The position numbers and the translations under genes were made by a program. DNA of 62,644 bases, filler included. It is 5 parts of 5 records of this genome, joined end to end, with 100 filler letters (N's around TTAATTAATTAA, not from the genome) between each part and the next. Parts side by side here need not be neighbours in the genome. Positions count along the whole stretch, not along the records: positions 1 to 14,042 come from SRR20825010_1502; 4 more parts are not named here. The stretch is one strand, 5' to 3'. Below, piece by piece: positions 1 to 9,322 of this stretch (position 1 is its first letter; every line of letters starts with the position of its first letter). The notes beneath the pieces were generated by a model. That model saw only the letters and a list, made by a program, of their open reading frames with translations, did not search any database and had not been told where the DNA came from.

Positions 1-30
1 ATGTCTTTTTCTTTTTTTACCGCTTGGCAT
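1..30 (-). CDS. N-terminal part of a small basic ribosomal protein bS22-like (AURKAIP1/COX24 domain), truncated by the window edge
   Basis: Reverse complement of 1-30 reads ATG CCA AGC GGT AAA AAA AGA AAA AGA CAT = MPSGKKRKRH, the characteristic start of this ~30-aa Bacteroidetes protein. It lies 25 nt downstream of the HU stop and is absent from the ORF track. Confidence 0.8.
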   Translation of the reverse strand, partial: MPSGKKRKRH

Positions 31-55
31 CGACTTTAATTTTTTATATTAATAC

Positions 56-346
56 TTATTTTACTTCTACGCTAGTTTTAACACCCTCTACAAATACTTT
101 TGCGGGTTTGAAAGCTGGGATATTGTGAGCAGGAATCTTAATAGTTGTGTTTTTAGAAATGTTTCTTCCTGTTTTTTCTGCTCTAGTTTTGATAATGAAA
201 CTACCAAAACCTCTTAGGTAAACATTATCACCGCTTTCTAATGAGTTTTTCACCTCTTCCATAAAGGATTCAACAGTTGCCTGTACATCTCCCTTTTCCA
301 TGCCAAGTTTCTCTGAAATCTTAGCTACAATGTCTGCTTTAGTCAT
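56..346 (-). CDS. hup: HU/IHF family DNA-binding protein
   Basis: MTKADIV...LRGFGSF...GRN...PAFKP signature, 96 aa. Confidence 0.95.
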   Translation of the reverse strand: MTKADIVAKISEKLGMEKGDVQATVESFMEEVKNSLESGDNVYLRGFGSFIIKTRAEKTGRNISKNTTIKIPAHNIPAFKPAKVFVEGVKTSVEVK

Positions 347-386
347 TTTTTTATATTTGTTTACAGTGTTATAAATTTAGGGGATG

Positions 387-394
387 CAAATATA
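387..394 (-). promoter_or_regulatory. Bacteroidetes -7 promoter element (TAnnTTTG) for HU
   Basis: TATATTTG on the minus strand about 40 nt upstream of the HU start. Confidence 0.6.
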
Positions 395-453
395 TAAATT
401 AATTACCCAATAAATAAACTGTAAATAATTAAAATTTAACTAAATAAAGCTAT

Positions 454-461
454 TATTTTTG
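454..461 (+). promoter_or_regulatory. Bacteroidetes -7 promoter element for mutY
   Basis: TATTTTTG; it overlaps the ORF-track start at 459, which favours ATG 480 as the real start. Confidence 0.5.
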
Positions 462-479
462 TACACGATAAAGAAACAT

Positions 480-1523
480 ATGGATTTTAAAGGCGTTATC
501 ATGCATTGGTATGATAAAAATAAAAGGATTTTACCATGGAGAACAACCAAAAATCCGTACAATATATGGCTTTCTGAAATCATGCTTCAGCAGACTAGAG
601 TGGAACAAGGACTCCCTTATTACCTAAAGTTTACCGAAAAGTATCCTACAGTTTTTGATCTTGCACAGGCTTCGGAAGAAGAAGTTTTGAAATTATGGCA
701 AGGACTTGGCTACTATTCTAGAGCTAGAAACTTACATACAACAGCTAAAAAAGTTGCTTTCGAATTTGATGGAAACTTTCCTGATAACTATAAGGAGTTA
801 AAACAACTAAAAGGAGTGGGAGATTATACGGCTAGTGCTATTGCCTCTATTTGTTATAACGAAGTAACGCCTGTTGTAGACGGGAATGTATATAGGGTTC
901 TAGCTAGATTTTATGGGATAGATCTACCAATTAATAGTACCGAAGGGGTTAAATATTTTAAATCTTTGGCAGAAGAATTAATAGATACTCAAGACCCAGG
1001 CACTTACAACCAAGCATTAATGGAGTTTGGAGCAAAGCAATGTAAACCTCAATCTCCAGATTGTAGTATTTGTGAGCTTCAGTCTAAATGTGTTGCTTTT
1101 AATAAGAACGAAATTTCTTTACTTCCTGTTAAATTAAAAAAGACGAAGGTTAAAAAGAGATATTTTAATTATTTAATTATTACGGATGATAAAAAAACAG
1201 TCCTTCAGCAGCGAACAAAGAAGGATATATGGCTTAATTTATATGAATTCCCTTTGATTGAAACTTCTTCAGCAATAAAAATAGACGATTTAATAAAGCA
1301 CGAAGACTTTTTAAAACACACAAAAGGCTACACTTTTGATGTGAATTTGTATAATGAGGAGTCTAAAGTTCATAAATTATCACATCAACATATATATACT
1401 CAGTTTTGGATTGTAACTTTGCAGAGCGAATTAAAAAACGGGATTTCTGTAGATAATGTAAGAGATTATCCTGTACCTGTGCTAATTGCAAATTTTGTTG
1501 AAGAGTTTGGATTTAATAGTTAG
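480..1523 (+). CDS. mutY: A/G-specific adenine glycosylase MutY
   Basis: LPWR, SEIMLQQT, WQGLGYYSRARNLH, HhH LKGVGDYTA, VDGNVYRV, 4Fe-4S C-x6-C-x2-C-x5-C cluster. Confidence 0.97.
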   Translation: MDFKGVIMHWYDKNKRILPWRTTKNPYNIWLSEIMLQQTRVEQGLPYYLKFTEKYPTVFDLAQASEEEVLKLWQGLGYYSRARNLHTTAKKVAFEFDGNFPDNYKELKQLKGVGDYTASAIASICYNEVTPVVDGNVYRVLARFYGIDLPINSTEGVKYFKSLAEELIDTQDPGTYNQALMEFGAKQCKPQSPDCSICELQSKCVAFNKNEISLLPVKLKKTKVKKRYFNYLIITDDKKTVLQQRTKKDIWLNLYEFPLIETSSAIKIDDLIKHEDFLKHTKGYTFDVNLYNEESKVHKLSHQHIYTQFWIVTLQSELKNGISVDNVRDYPVPVLIANFVEEFGFNS

Positions 1524-1667
1524 TGTGTTTTAATTGCAAACAAATACTTTTAAAGTTGAAGTTGCAATTTGAAAGACATCTTGTAAATTACCATTTTTTT
1601 GCAATGAAAATTTAGTAATTTTTAATACATTTATAAATTAACGAAATAGATTTTAAGAAATAATATT

Positions 1668-2156
1668 ATGAGTGGAACGTTAAATAAAGTAATGCTGATT
1701 GGTCACTTAGGAGACGACGTGAAAATGAATTATTTTGAAGGAGGCAATTGTATTGGACGTTTCCCGCTAGCAACCAATGAAACGTATACAAACAGACAAA
1801 CAGGAGAGCGTGTTTCTAATACCGAATGGCATACTGTTGTAGTACGTAATAAAGCTGCCGAAGTTTGTGAAAAATATTTAAGCAAAGGTGATAAAGTTTA
1901 TATTGAAGGACGCTTAAAAACAAGACAGTGGCAGGGAGAAGATGGAAATATGAGATATACCACAGAAGTACAGGCAACAGATTTTACTTTCTTATCTAAT
2001 AAAGGAGAAAGTGCAGGAGGGGCTCAGCAAAATGCTTCTTCGCCTAGTCAAAATCAAAGTAGCAATAACCAAAATACAGAATCGCCTCAGCAGCATCATC
2101 AAGCATCGGAACAATCGCCATTATCTCCAGATGCAGATGACGATTTACCATTTTAA
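1668..2156 (+). CDS. ssb: Single-stranded DNA-binding protein
   Basis: LNKVMLIGHLG, TEWHTVV, KGDKVYIEGRL, Q/N/S-rich linker, acidic DDLPF tip. Confidence 0.97.
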   Translation: MSGTLNKVMLIGHLGDDVKMNYFEGGNCIGRFPLATNETYTNRQTGERVSNTEWHTVVVRNKAAEVCEKYLSKGDKVYIEGRLKTRQWQGEDGNMRYTTEVQATDFTFLSNKGESAGGAQQNASSPSQNQSSNNQNTESPQQHHQASEQSPLSPDADDDLPF

Positions 2157-2181
2157 CCAAGTTTAATCAAAACAAAAACCT

Positions 2182-3501
2182 TTGGACCCAGAGCCCTCGA
2201 GTTTATTTTCAATTTTATTATTTATTGACACAACTTCAATTATTAAATTGATAGTTTTAGTTGTATTACTTGCTTGTTCTGCTCTTATTTCTGGAGCAGA
2301 AGTAGCCTTTTTTTCACTTTCTCAAACAGATGTTAACGACGTCCAAGACAAAAAAACTACCGTAGGAAACATAATTGTAAAGCTACTAGACAAACCAAAA
2401 AAGTTATTAGCAACTATTTTGGTTGCCAATAATTTTATAAATATTGCCATTGTATTATTGTTTAGTTCTCTCGGAAATTTTTTCTTCGGAGGCTTAGAGG
2501 GAAGAATTTTAGGAATTATAGAAGTGCGTTTTATTGTGGAAGTAGTTGTAGCTACTTTTCTAATTTTGCTCTTTGGAGAAATTCTTCCAAAAGTATATGC
2601 AAATAGAAACAAGCTCAAATTTGCTTATTTTATGGCATATCCCTTGAATGTTTTAGATACACTTTTCTATCCTTTAAGTATGCCAATGCGCTCCATAACC
2701 ATCTTTTTACAAGATAAATTAGGAAAACAGCGTACCAATATTTCAATAGATCAACTTTCTCATGCATTAGAACTTACCTCGGAGGAAGATACAACAATAG
2801 AAGAACAGAAAATCTTACAAGGAATTGTTTCTTTCGGAAATACGGATACACGACAAGTAATGCAGCCTCGAATAGATGTTTTTGCATTAAATGAAGAGAT
2901 GAAGTTTCAGGAAATTGTGGATGAGATTATTAAGAATGGCTATTCTAGAATTCCAGTTTTTAAAGATAATATGGACAATGTAACTGGAGTTTTATATGTA
3001 AAAGATTTATTGCCATATCTAGATAAAAAGAATTTTGATTGGACTTCTTTAAAAAGAGAGCCTTATTTTGTTCCTGAAAATAAAAAATTAGACGATTTAT
3101 TGAAGGAGTTCCAAGAGATGAAAAAGCATTTAGCTATTGTTGTGGATGAATATGGAGGAACTTCTGGTTTGGTAACTTTAGAAGATATTATTGAAGAAAT
3201 TGTAGGAGATATTAGTGATGAATTCGACGATGAAGATCTTGTTTATTCTAAATTAGATGAAAAAAACTTTGTCTTTGAAGGAAAAACAGCATTAAAAGAC
3301 TTTTATAGAGTTATTGATATTGAACATGAAAGTATTTTTGAAGACAATAAAGGAGAATCTGAAACCATAGCAGGATTTGTTTTGGAAATAGCGGGAAGCT
3401 TCCCAAAAAAAGGAGAAAATATTGTTTTCAATAATATTACCTTTAAAATTGAAGCGTTAGATAAAAAGCGAATCAAACAAATAAAAGTTACACTTCATTG
3501 A
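2182..3501 (+). CDS. gldE: Gliding motility-associated protein GldE (CNNM/DUF21-CBS-CorC_HlyC)
   Basis: TTG start MDPEP, SGAEVAFFSL, FGEILPK, CBS pair, VVDEYGGTSG; ssb-gldE-gldD synteny. Confidence 0.92.
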   Translation: MDPEPSSLFSILLFIDTTSIIKLIVLVVLLACSALISGAEVAFFSLSQTDVNDVQDKKTTVGNIIVKLLDKPKKLLATILVANNFINIAIVLLFSSLGNFFFGGLEGRILGIIEVRFIVEVVVATFLILLFGEILPKVYANRNKLKFAYFMAYPLNVLDTLFYPLSMPMRSITIFLQDKLGKQRTNISIDQLSHALELTSEEDTTIEEQKILQGIVSFGNTDTRQVMQPRIDVFALNEEMKFQEIVDEIIKNGYSRIPVFKDNMDNVTGVLYVKDLLPYLDKKNFDWTSLKREPYFVPENKKLDDLLKEFQEMKKHLAIVVDEYGGTSGLVTLEDIIEEIVGDISDEFDDEDLVYSKLDEKNFVFEGKTALKDFYRVIDIEHESIFEDNKGESETIAGFVLEIAGSFPKKGENIVFNNITFKIEALDKKRIKQIKVTLH

Positions 3502-4058
3502 AAAAAGCAATCTTTATAAACATACTTATTTTAAGCGTAGTTTTATATTCATGTGGAAATGATCCAGTTCCAAAACCTAATGGAATGCTTCGTTTGGAAT
3601 ATCCTACTGCTTCTTATGTTTCAGTAGAGAGAGTATGTCCTTACATTTTTCAAGTGAATAAAGAAACAACGGTAAAGACCTCTAACAATTGTTCCATGAC
3701 GGTTGATTATCCGCAAATGAATGCGAGTATCTATATTACGTATAAGCCCGTTAAGAACAATTTGGACAAATTATTACGAGATGCTCAAAAACTTACTTAT
3801 GAGCATGTAGCTAAGGCCGATAATATCCAAGAACAGCCATTTGTAAATCCAGATAATAAGGTTTATGGAATGTTTTATTTGGTAACAGGCAATGCGGCTT
3901 CGGCTTCTCAATTTTATGTAACCGATAGCACTTCTCACTTTCTAACAGGGTCATTATATTTTAACACCAAACCTAATTACGATTCGGTACTTCCAGCCGC
4001 TAAATACTTAGAAGAAGATATTAGAAAGATTATGGAAAGCCTAAAGTGGCAAAATTAA
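3498..4058 (+). CDS. gldD: Gliding motility lipoprotein GldD
   Basis: Lipobox YSC, PKP.GMLRLEYP, GNAASASQFYVTDS..HFLTGSLYF; overlaps the gldE stop. Confidence 0.93.
   Translation: MKKAIFINILILSVVLYSCGNDPVPKPNGMLRLEYPTASYVSVERVCPYIFQVNKETTVKTSNNCSMTVDYPQMNASIYITYKPVKNNLDKLLRDAQKLTYEHVAKADNIQEQPFVNPDNKVYGMFYLVTGNAASASQFYVTDSTSHFLTGSLYFNTKPNYDSVLPAAKYLEEDIRKIMESLKWQN
4004..4035 (+). repeat. Direct repeat copy 1 (3' end of gldD)
   Basis: ATACTTAGAAGAAGATATTAGAAAGATTATGG, 31/32 identical to 7699-7730. Confidence 0.9.
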
Positions 4059-4076
4059 CTACCTAAATAATATATT

Positions 4077-5645
4077 ATGTTGCGTATACTAATTTTAATA
4101 GTATTGATTCTTCCATGGTTTTCATGGTCGCAGGCTGCGGATATCGACAAGGAGTATTTCTCTGTTGCTTATGTGAAATTACCTTCTCATCCTATTTTAA
4201 ATGAGAACGAGCGAACTTATAATGTTTCAAGTACAATAGACGAAACCGTAGGGAATTTAATTTCTGAAACAGCTATTTCTAATGATATCCAAATACAAGG
4301 GTTTAGAAGAGAAGAAGTAGCACCTAAAGTACATGTAAAGTTAAATTTATCGAGTTTTTTAATCGATCCCCAATCGTTTTCTATTGACAGTAAGCTTATA
4401 GAGGTAAAAGACGATGATGGGAATGTTGTGCGGTCATATTATGTATACCGTTATTTGTTTAGTTACAAAGTAAGAGGAGGGTATATGGTTGAAAATCCGT
4501 TTGAACTTAAAATGGAAAATAACCTAGACAGAGTGGAGAAATACGCTTCAGATTATTTTAACAGTAAACAAGAGGCTTACGCACATTACGATGTAAATAA
4601 AGAGGAGATAAAAGAAGAAATACTTTATAATTTTGTGGAGTATGTTAGTTATAGAATAGATGATATAATAAACTCGGCTTTTGGATATAGACCCTATAAA
4701 ACGAATGCTTATTTATGGATATTAGATTCAAGAAATAATCCGCTTACAGAGCCTCAGAAAACAGAATTTAGCTAGGTAAAAGCGATAATGAGTGGAATAA
4801 ACCATGAAGCTCCAATTGAAGAAACTAGAGAAGCATTATCTCCAATAGTTGAAGCGTTTGAACAAATGGCTAATCAAATAGAAGGAGATTCTAGAAGAGA
4901 GCGAAAGGTAAAATTTGCTTGTTTATATAATTGCGCTATTCTATCATACTATATGGACATCCCTAGTCAAGCCATAAAATATGCTGAAATGATTTTTCCA
5001 CTTAAGTATAGCGATACAGATGCAGAAGAGTTAATAAATACCGCCAGTGATTTAGATAAAATACTAGCCGCAAATATGGTAGATAGTAGAAGAATGGTAG
5101 TTCCAATAGATGAGAAATTTAATGAGGTAGAAGTTGAAGAAGTAAGTAGTTTTGCATATTTGGTTACCGTTGAGAACGATACATTAATCGCAAATATGAA
5201 TTATCAAGATCTTGCAATGGTAGGGGCAGAAGCAAAGGTATATTTACCCGATGAGAACGGAAATTTAAAGCTAAATATATTTAATGCAGCAGATTTAAAA
5301 GAATTAGTTTTTGATGAGAACAACATATATGTTCAGAAGGAATTTATTTCATACAAAAACAACCCTCGGGCTAAGTTGCCAGAAAAATATTTGGTACGAA
5401 AAGAATTTGAAACAGAAGAGCTTTCTATGTATGCATTTCTAGACGATGAGGTTGTTTTCTTTATAAAAGATGAAGAGGTAGGTTATTCTAACCGTTCGTA
5501 TAAATTTTTGATGGGGTTTAAAAATGAGTTAAAAAAGTTTACAGGTTCTTGTTCTAAAGTAAATGAGTTGATAGATAAGAACTATTATAAAAACAATACA
5601 GCAAGCTTACGCAGTTTTATTGAAGATGTTGTGTATTGTGAATAG
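4077..5645 (+). pseudogene. Secreted hypothetical protein interrupted by one in-frame TAG at 4773-4775 (ORF-track pieces 4077-4775 and 4788-5645)
   Basis: Both ORFs are in the same frame, ...TTT AGC TAG GTA AAA GCG ATA ATG...; only the first piece has a signal peptide. Confidence 0.6.
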
Positions 5646-5652
5646 AATAAAG

Positions 5653-5678
5653 AAAGAGGAGTTTAAAAACTCCTCTTT
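5653..5678. terminator. Bidirectional intrinsic terminator
   Basis: AAAGAGGAGTTT-AA-AAACTCCTCTTT inverted repeat between convergent genes. Confidence 0.8.
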
Positions 5679-5714
5679 TACCTTATAAGTACATTGTATT
5701 TAAATCGATAGTGT

Positions 5715-7595
5715 CTATTCTGATTTAAAAACTTTAACCTGATTTTTTACACTATAATAAATATCATCGGTAGCATAATCTACATCGTAAATTGGTCTTA
5801 GATTATCAACAGTTATTTTATCTAGTTCTTCTCCTGTTTCTTTATCTACTTTTATTAATAAGCGTTCACCATTTTCTCCTTTAGCAAAAAGAATAGCATA
5901 TTTGTTTGTTTCTTGTAGGGCATTGTGTCTTTCCTTAGCAAAAAGCATTGCTGCAGCGGTAGCTATATAGCCTGCATCGCCAATTGCTTTAGCTTTATCA
6001 CCAAAAACTGCCGAAGTAGAACTTCTACTTACTATATTTCCTTCAGAATCTCTGTAGTAAGTATTTGTAGTAGAAGTTGCACCAGCAACAGCAAAGCCAA
6101 TATTTGCAAGTCCTAGCCCTATATTTTTTAGTACACGACCTGTTTCTCCAGGTTGCTTGTATTGGTTATGAAATATAACTTTTCCACTTTTATCAACTCC
6201 AACAACTTCATTTAACCCTGTTATTGTTACATTATTAGGAAAAATTTCTAGACTTGTTAAATCTTTTTCATTTTTAAGTTTTAATTCTGCATAAGGCTCG
6301 GGTTTTTCAGTACTGTTTTCATCAAATCGGTAGAGCTCTTCATCGTTGTATATAATAAAGTTTCCAGAGTTTTCATTGTATTCAGCAAATGTTGGTCGCT
6401 TTTCGTTCAACTTTAAATTTTTTCTCCATATTTTTTCACCTGTTTTATAATTTACCATATTTGCGTAGGTGGCAGTTATGTATAAAACACGACCGTTTTT
6501 AGTTTTTTCAAGAAAATAAATAGGATCCTCTTCATCATCACATATTTTTACATCTTTTTTCCACATTTTCTCACCTTCTTTATTAATAAGCATCATTTCA
6601 TCATCATACACATACAAGAAATCGGTACCAATGGGAACAACACTCTTAATTCCTTTTCCTTTAGGATCTTTTTTCCATACTTTTTCACCAGTTGTATAAT
6701 CGTAGAAATTGAATCCTTTCTGATGTGCTAAAAGCATTTTATCTTGCCAATCTTCAAAAAGAACAACATATTTGGTAGTTAGTTTTTTATCCCATATTTG
6801 GGTGCCATTTTCTGCATTATACAGCATTACTTCGTTTTTGTTGGAAATTATTCCTTTACTTTCTATAGTTACTACTTTTGCTCCGTCTAATGATCTTTTG
6901 AAATCAATAATATCACCAGAGTCTACTTTCCATAATAATTCTCCTGTTTGCTTATCTAGCACGAAGAATTGTTTTTTAATTAAAGAAAAAACTTTATCGT
7001 TGGTATAATCCATTTTGTCTAGATCTCCAATTTTATTCATTCCAGCTATTTTACTCATGGTTTGTAACCATTCTGCATAGGTTTCAGAAACAACGGTTTG
7101 CCATTCGAACTTTTGTTCTGGAATATTGTATTTAGCAATTATGAGTTCTTTGCCTTTAACACCTCTTAGTAAAAAGGCATTTTCATCAAAAAGATATTCC
7201 GCTTGGAAATACTCTGCTTCGCCTTCAGCAGAAAAAAGTATTTGCCCATCATAACTATTAATAACAAAGAGTCTTCCGTCAAAAAATTTCTCAACAAAGG
7301 GAGTGGATTCAATAACATTAAACTTGGTATAATCAATCCCTCCAGTAGTTAAAAATTCAGCTGCCATATCGACTCCTGTACGTTGAGGGGCTGGTTTCTC
7401 CCAAATAATTTTTTCTTGTTCGGGGTCGTAAGCATATACCTTGGCGCCATCTGAAATTACAGTAATGCCGTTGAAAGGTACAACTAGAAGGTCGTCTACT
7501 GTGTTTTCAAAATCTAAAGTTTTAGACGCTTCTCTCTGTGAAAAGCTAAGCTGCGTTGCAAGAAAGCAGCATAACATAAGTACTATTTTTTTCAT
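5715..7595 (-). CDS. Secreted PQQ-like/BamB-type beta-propeller repeat protein
   Basis: Signal peptide; recurring blade motifs DKQTGELLW, NAENGTQIW, DYTTGEKVW, NYKTGEKIW, DKETGEEL. Confidence 0.75.
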   Translation of the reverse strand: MKKIVLMLCCFLATQLSFSQREASKTLDFENTVDDLLVVPFNGITVISDGAKVYAYDPEQEKIIWEKPAPQRTGVDMAAEFLTTGGIDYTKFNVIESTPFVEKFFDGRLFVINSYDGQILFSAEGEAEYFQAEYLFDENAFLLRGVKGKELIIAKYNIPEQKFEWQTVVSETYAEWLQTMSKIAGMNKIGDLDKMDYTNDKVFSLIKKQFFVLDKQTGELLWKVDSGDIIDFKRSLDGAKVVTIESKGIISNKNEVMLYNAENGTQIWDKKLTTKYVVLFEDWQDKMLLAHQKGFNFYDYTTGEKVWKKDPKGKGIKSVVPIGTDFLYVYDDEMMLINKEGEKMWKKDVKICDDEEDPIYFLEKTKNGRVLYITATYANMVNYKTGEKIWRKNLKLNEKRPTFAEYNENSGNFIIYNDEELYRFDENSTEKPEPYAELKLKNEKDLTSLEIFPNNVTITGLNEVVGVDKSGKVIFHNQYKQPGETGRVLKNIGLGLANIGFAVAGATSTTNTYYRDSEGNIVSRSSTSAVFGDKAKAIGDAGYIATAAAMLFAKERHNALQETNKYAILFAKGENGERLLIKVDKETGEELDKITVDNLRPIYDVDYATDDIYYSVKNQVKVFKSE

Positions 7596-7698
7596 TTTAT
7601 TTACATAATTTGATAGCTCTAAATATAGAAAAAAGTAATCATATAAAAGTAAATAGATAATTTTAGTTAGAATATTTTTTATGTGTTTTACGTAAGAG

Positions 7699-7750
7699 AT
7701 ACTTAGAAGAGGATATTAGAAAGATTATGGGAATAGTTCATTGGAAATAA
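7699..7750 (+). repeat. Direct repeat copy 2: orphan gldD 3'-end remnant
   Basis: 31/32 identity to 4004-4035; translates YLEEDIRKIMGIVHWK* against GldD YLEEDIRKIMESLKWQN*. Confidence 0.85.
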
Positions 7751-7933
7751 GATACTCCTTCTCCAAGAATAACTTATTAGTGCTTTCAAATTCTCAAATT
7801 ATAGCTTGAAAAAATAATTAAGTAGGGTAAATCTTAATGTTTAATCAAAAATTTACTACTTATTGATGTTAAATTATGATTTTATATTTGTAGGAGGTAT
7901 CTTTATAAAGGTCTAATTATAAATATAATATAT

Positions 7934-8800
7934 ATGTCTATCTCAAAAACATATCCGAGATTTCTCCTTACTACACTACTTTTTTTGTCTTTTATAACAA
8001 GCACGCTAACTGCTCAAGATTCTGTGGATATAATCACCATGCTAAATGGAGATATTAAAAAGGGGAAGGTAATAAGTGTAAATTCCGATGCTATAAAGTT
8101 TACTTATGTTGGGGAGAGTTTGGAATATGAGATTTCCAAAGAGGAAATAAATCAAATTCAATTTTCCAGTGGTAGGGTAGAAGTTGTGAATGAGCCAAAG
8201 CAAGCTTCTAGTTTGATAGCAAATAATTCATCTTCAGGAAGTACTAAAAATAAAGTGGCTGTGTTACCTTTTTCTATTGTATCTAATGATGATGCCATAA
8301 AACCTGATGTTTTTGGGGTGCAAGTACAAAACGATTGTGCAAATATTTTGCGAGAAGAGAGTGCGTTTGCTGTAACTATTCAAGACCCAATGACTACAAA
8401 TGCATTATTGGCTAAAAAAGGAATTGATGCAACGGCTATAGCTACACTTCTACCAACTGAATTAGCTTCTATACTTGGAGTGGAATATGTTATGTATGGC
8501 GCAACTGAAGTTATAAATGAAGGAACAAGAACTTATGGTAGTGATGTAGTTTCTTACAAGGATAAAGAAAAGGAGAAAGATAGAAAAAATACAGAGAATA
8601 AAGGGGTAGCAATAGCTTCATCTAATTCTTCAACAACAATAAGCTACGATGTAAAATTAGATTTAAAAATCTTTAACGATAAAGGGGAAAATATATATGC
8701 AGAGTCTAGACATCCTTTTGGATTGGGGATTGATGCGTATCACTCAGGGTTAAAGTATATGATTAAACGTTGCCCTTTTGGTAGTAAGTATAAAAAATAA
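7934..8800 (+). CDS. Secreted hypothetical protein with a possible CsgG/TolB-N-like C-terminal domain
   Basis: Signal peptide, KVAVLPF motif, LASILGVEYVMYG; family assignment is tentative. Confidence 0.5.
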   Translation: MSISKTYPRFLLTTLLFLSFITSTLTAQDSVDIITMLNGDIKKGKVISVNSDAIKFTYVGESLEYEISKEEINQIQFSSGRVEVVNEPKQASSLIANNSSSGSTKNKVAVLPFSIVSNDDAIKPDVFGVQVQNDCANILREESAFAVTIQDPMTTNALLAKKGIDATAIATLLPTELASILGVEYVMYGATEVINEGTRTYGSDVVSYKDKEKEKDRKNTENKGVAIASSNSSTTISYDVKLDLKIFNDKGENIYAESRHPFGLGIDAYHSGLKYMIKRCPFGSKYKK

Positions 8801-8804
8801 TTAA

Positions 8805-8839
8805 AAAATGCCTTCAAAACTTAATTTTGAAGGCATTTT
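8805..8839. terminator. Bidirectional intrinsic terminator
   Basis: AAAATGCCTTCAAAA / TTTTGAAGGCATTTT between convergent genes. Confidence 0.85.
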
Positions 8840-8860
8840 ATTTGATTAAGATGTCAAAAA

Positions 8861-9283
8861 TTACTTTTCATTTAACAATAACTTAGCATTTTCAATACTG
8901 GTATTGATTTCTTGTTTTAAGGCTTTTACGTTTTCTTCTTCTTCTTTTAATAATTCCTTTTTTTCTTCTGAGAGTTCTTTTCCGTTAAGGATTTCTTCAT
9001 GGTCAAAACGTTCTCCAAAACTCTGCATCCAATCCATCATTGATTTATGTGCTGCTTGAAGGTCTTTTTTTGCCGCTTCATATTGCATTCCAGTTTCTGT
9101 GGAATCTGCTTTTGCGTTTAGCGCGCCAATTAATTTAGTTATGGTATTCATTTTAGGCATCAAGCTATCGTGTACAGCCATTACCATTTCCATTTTAGAA
9201 GGCTCTGAACTTTGTTTTTTCTCTTGCTTGCAACCAATTACGCTAAATGAGATTGCTAAAATTATTAATAATAATTTTTTCAT
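8861..9283 (-). CDS. Helical Met/His-motif lipoprotein (putative metal-binding)
   Basis: Lipobox IGC; motifs MAVHDSLMPKM and AHKSMMDWM. Confidence 0.6.
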   Translation of the reverse strand: MKKLLLIILAISFSVIGCKQEKKQSSEPSKMEMVMAVHDSLMPKMNTITKLIGALNAKADSTETGMQYEAAKKDLQAAHKSMMDWMQSFGERFDHEEILNGKELSEEKKELLKEEEENVKALKQEINTSIENAKLLLNEK

Positions 9284-9322
9284 TTTTAATGATTTTTTAT
9301 TTTCAATAGACTTTCAAATATT

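Noticed and set aside
4773-4775. Genome-wide amber recoding or pyrrolysine
   Set aside because: TAG is a real stop elsewhere in the same contig (mutY, the end of this ORF, the beta-propeller gene), and no pyl genes or suppressor tRNA are visible.
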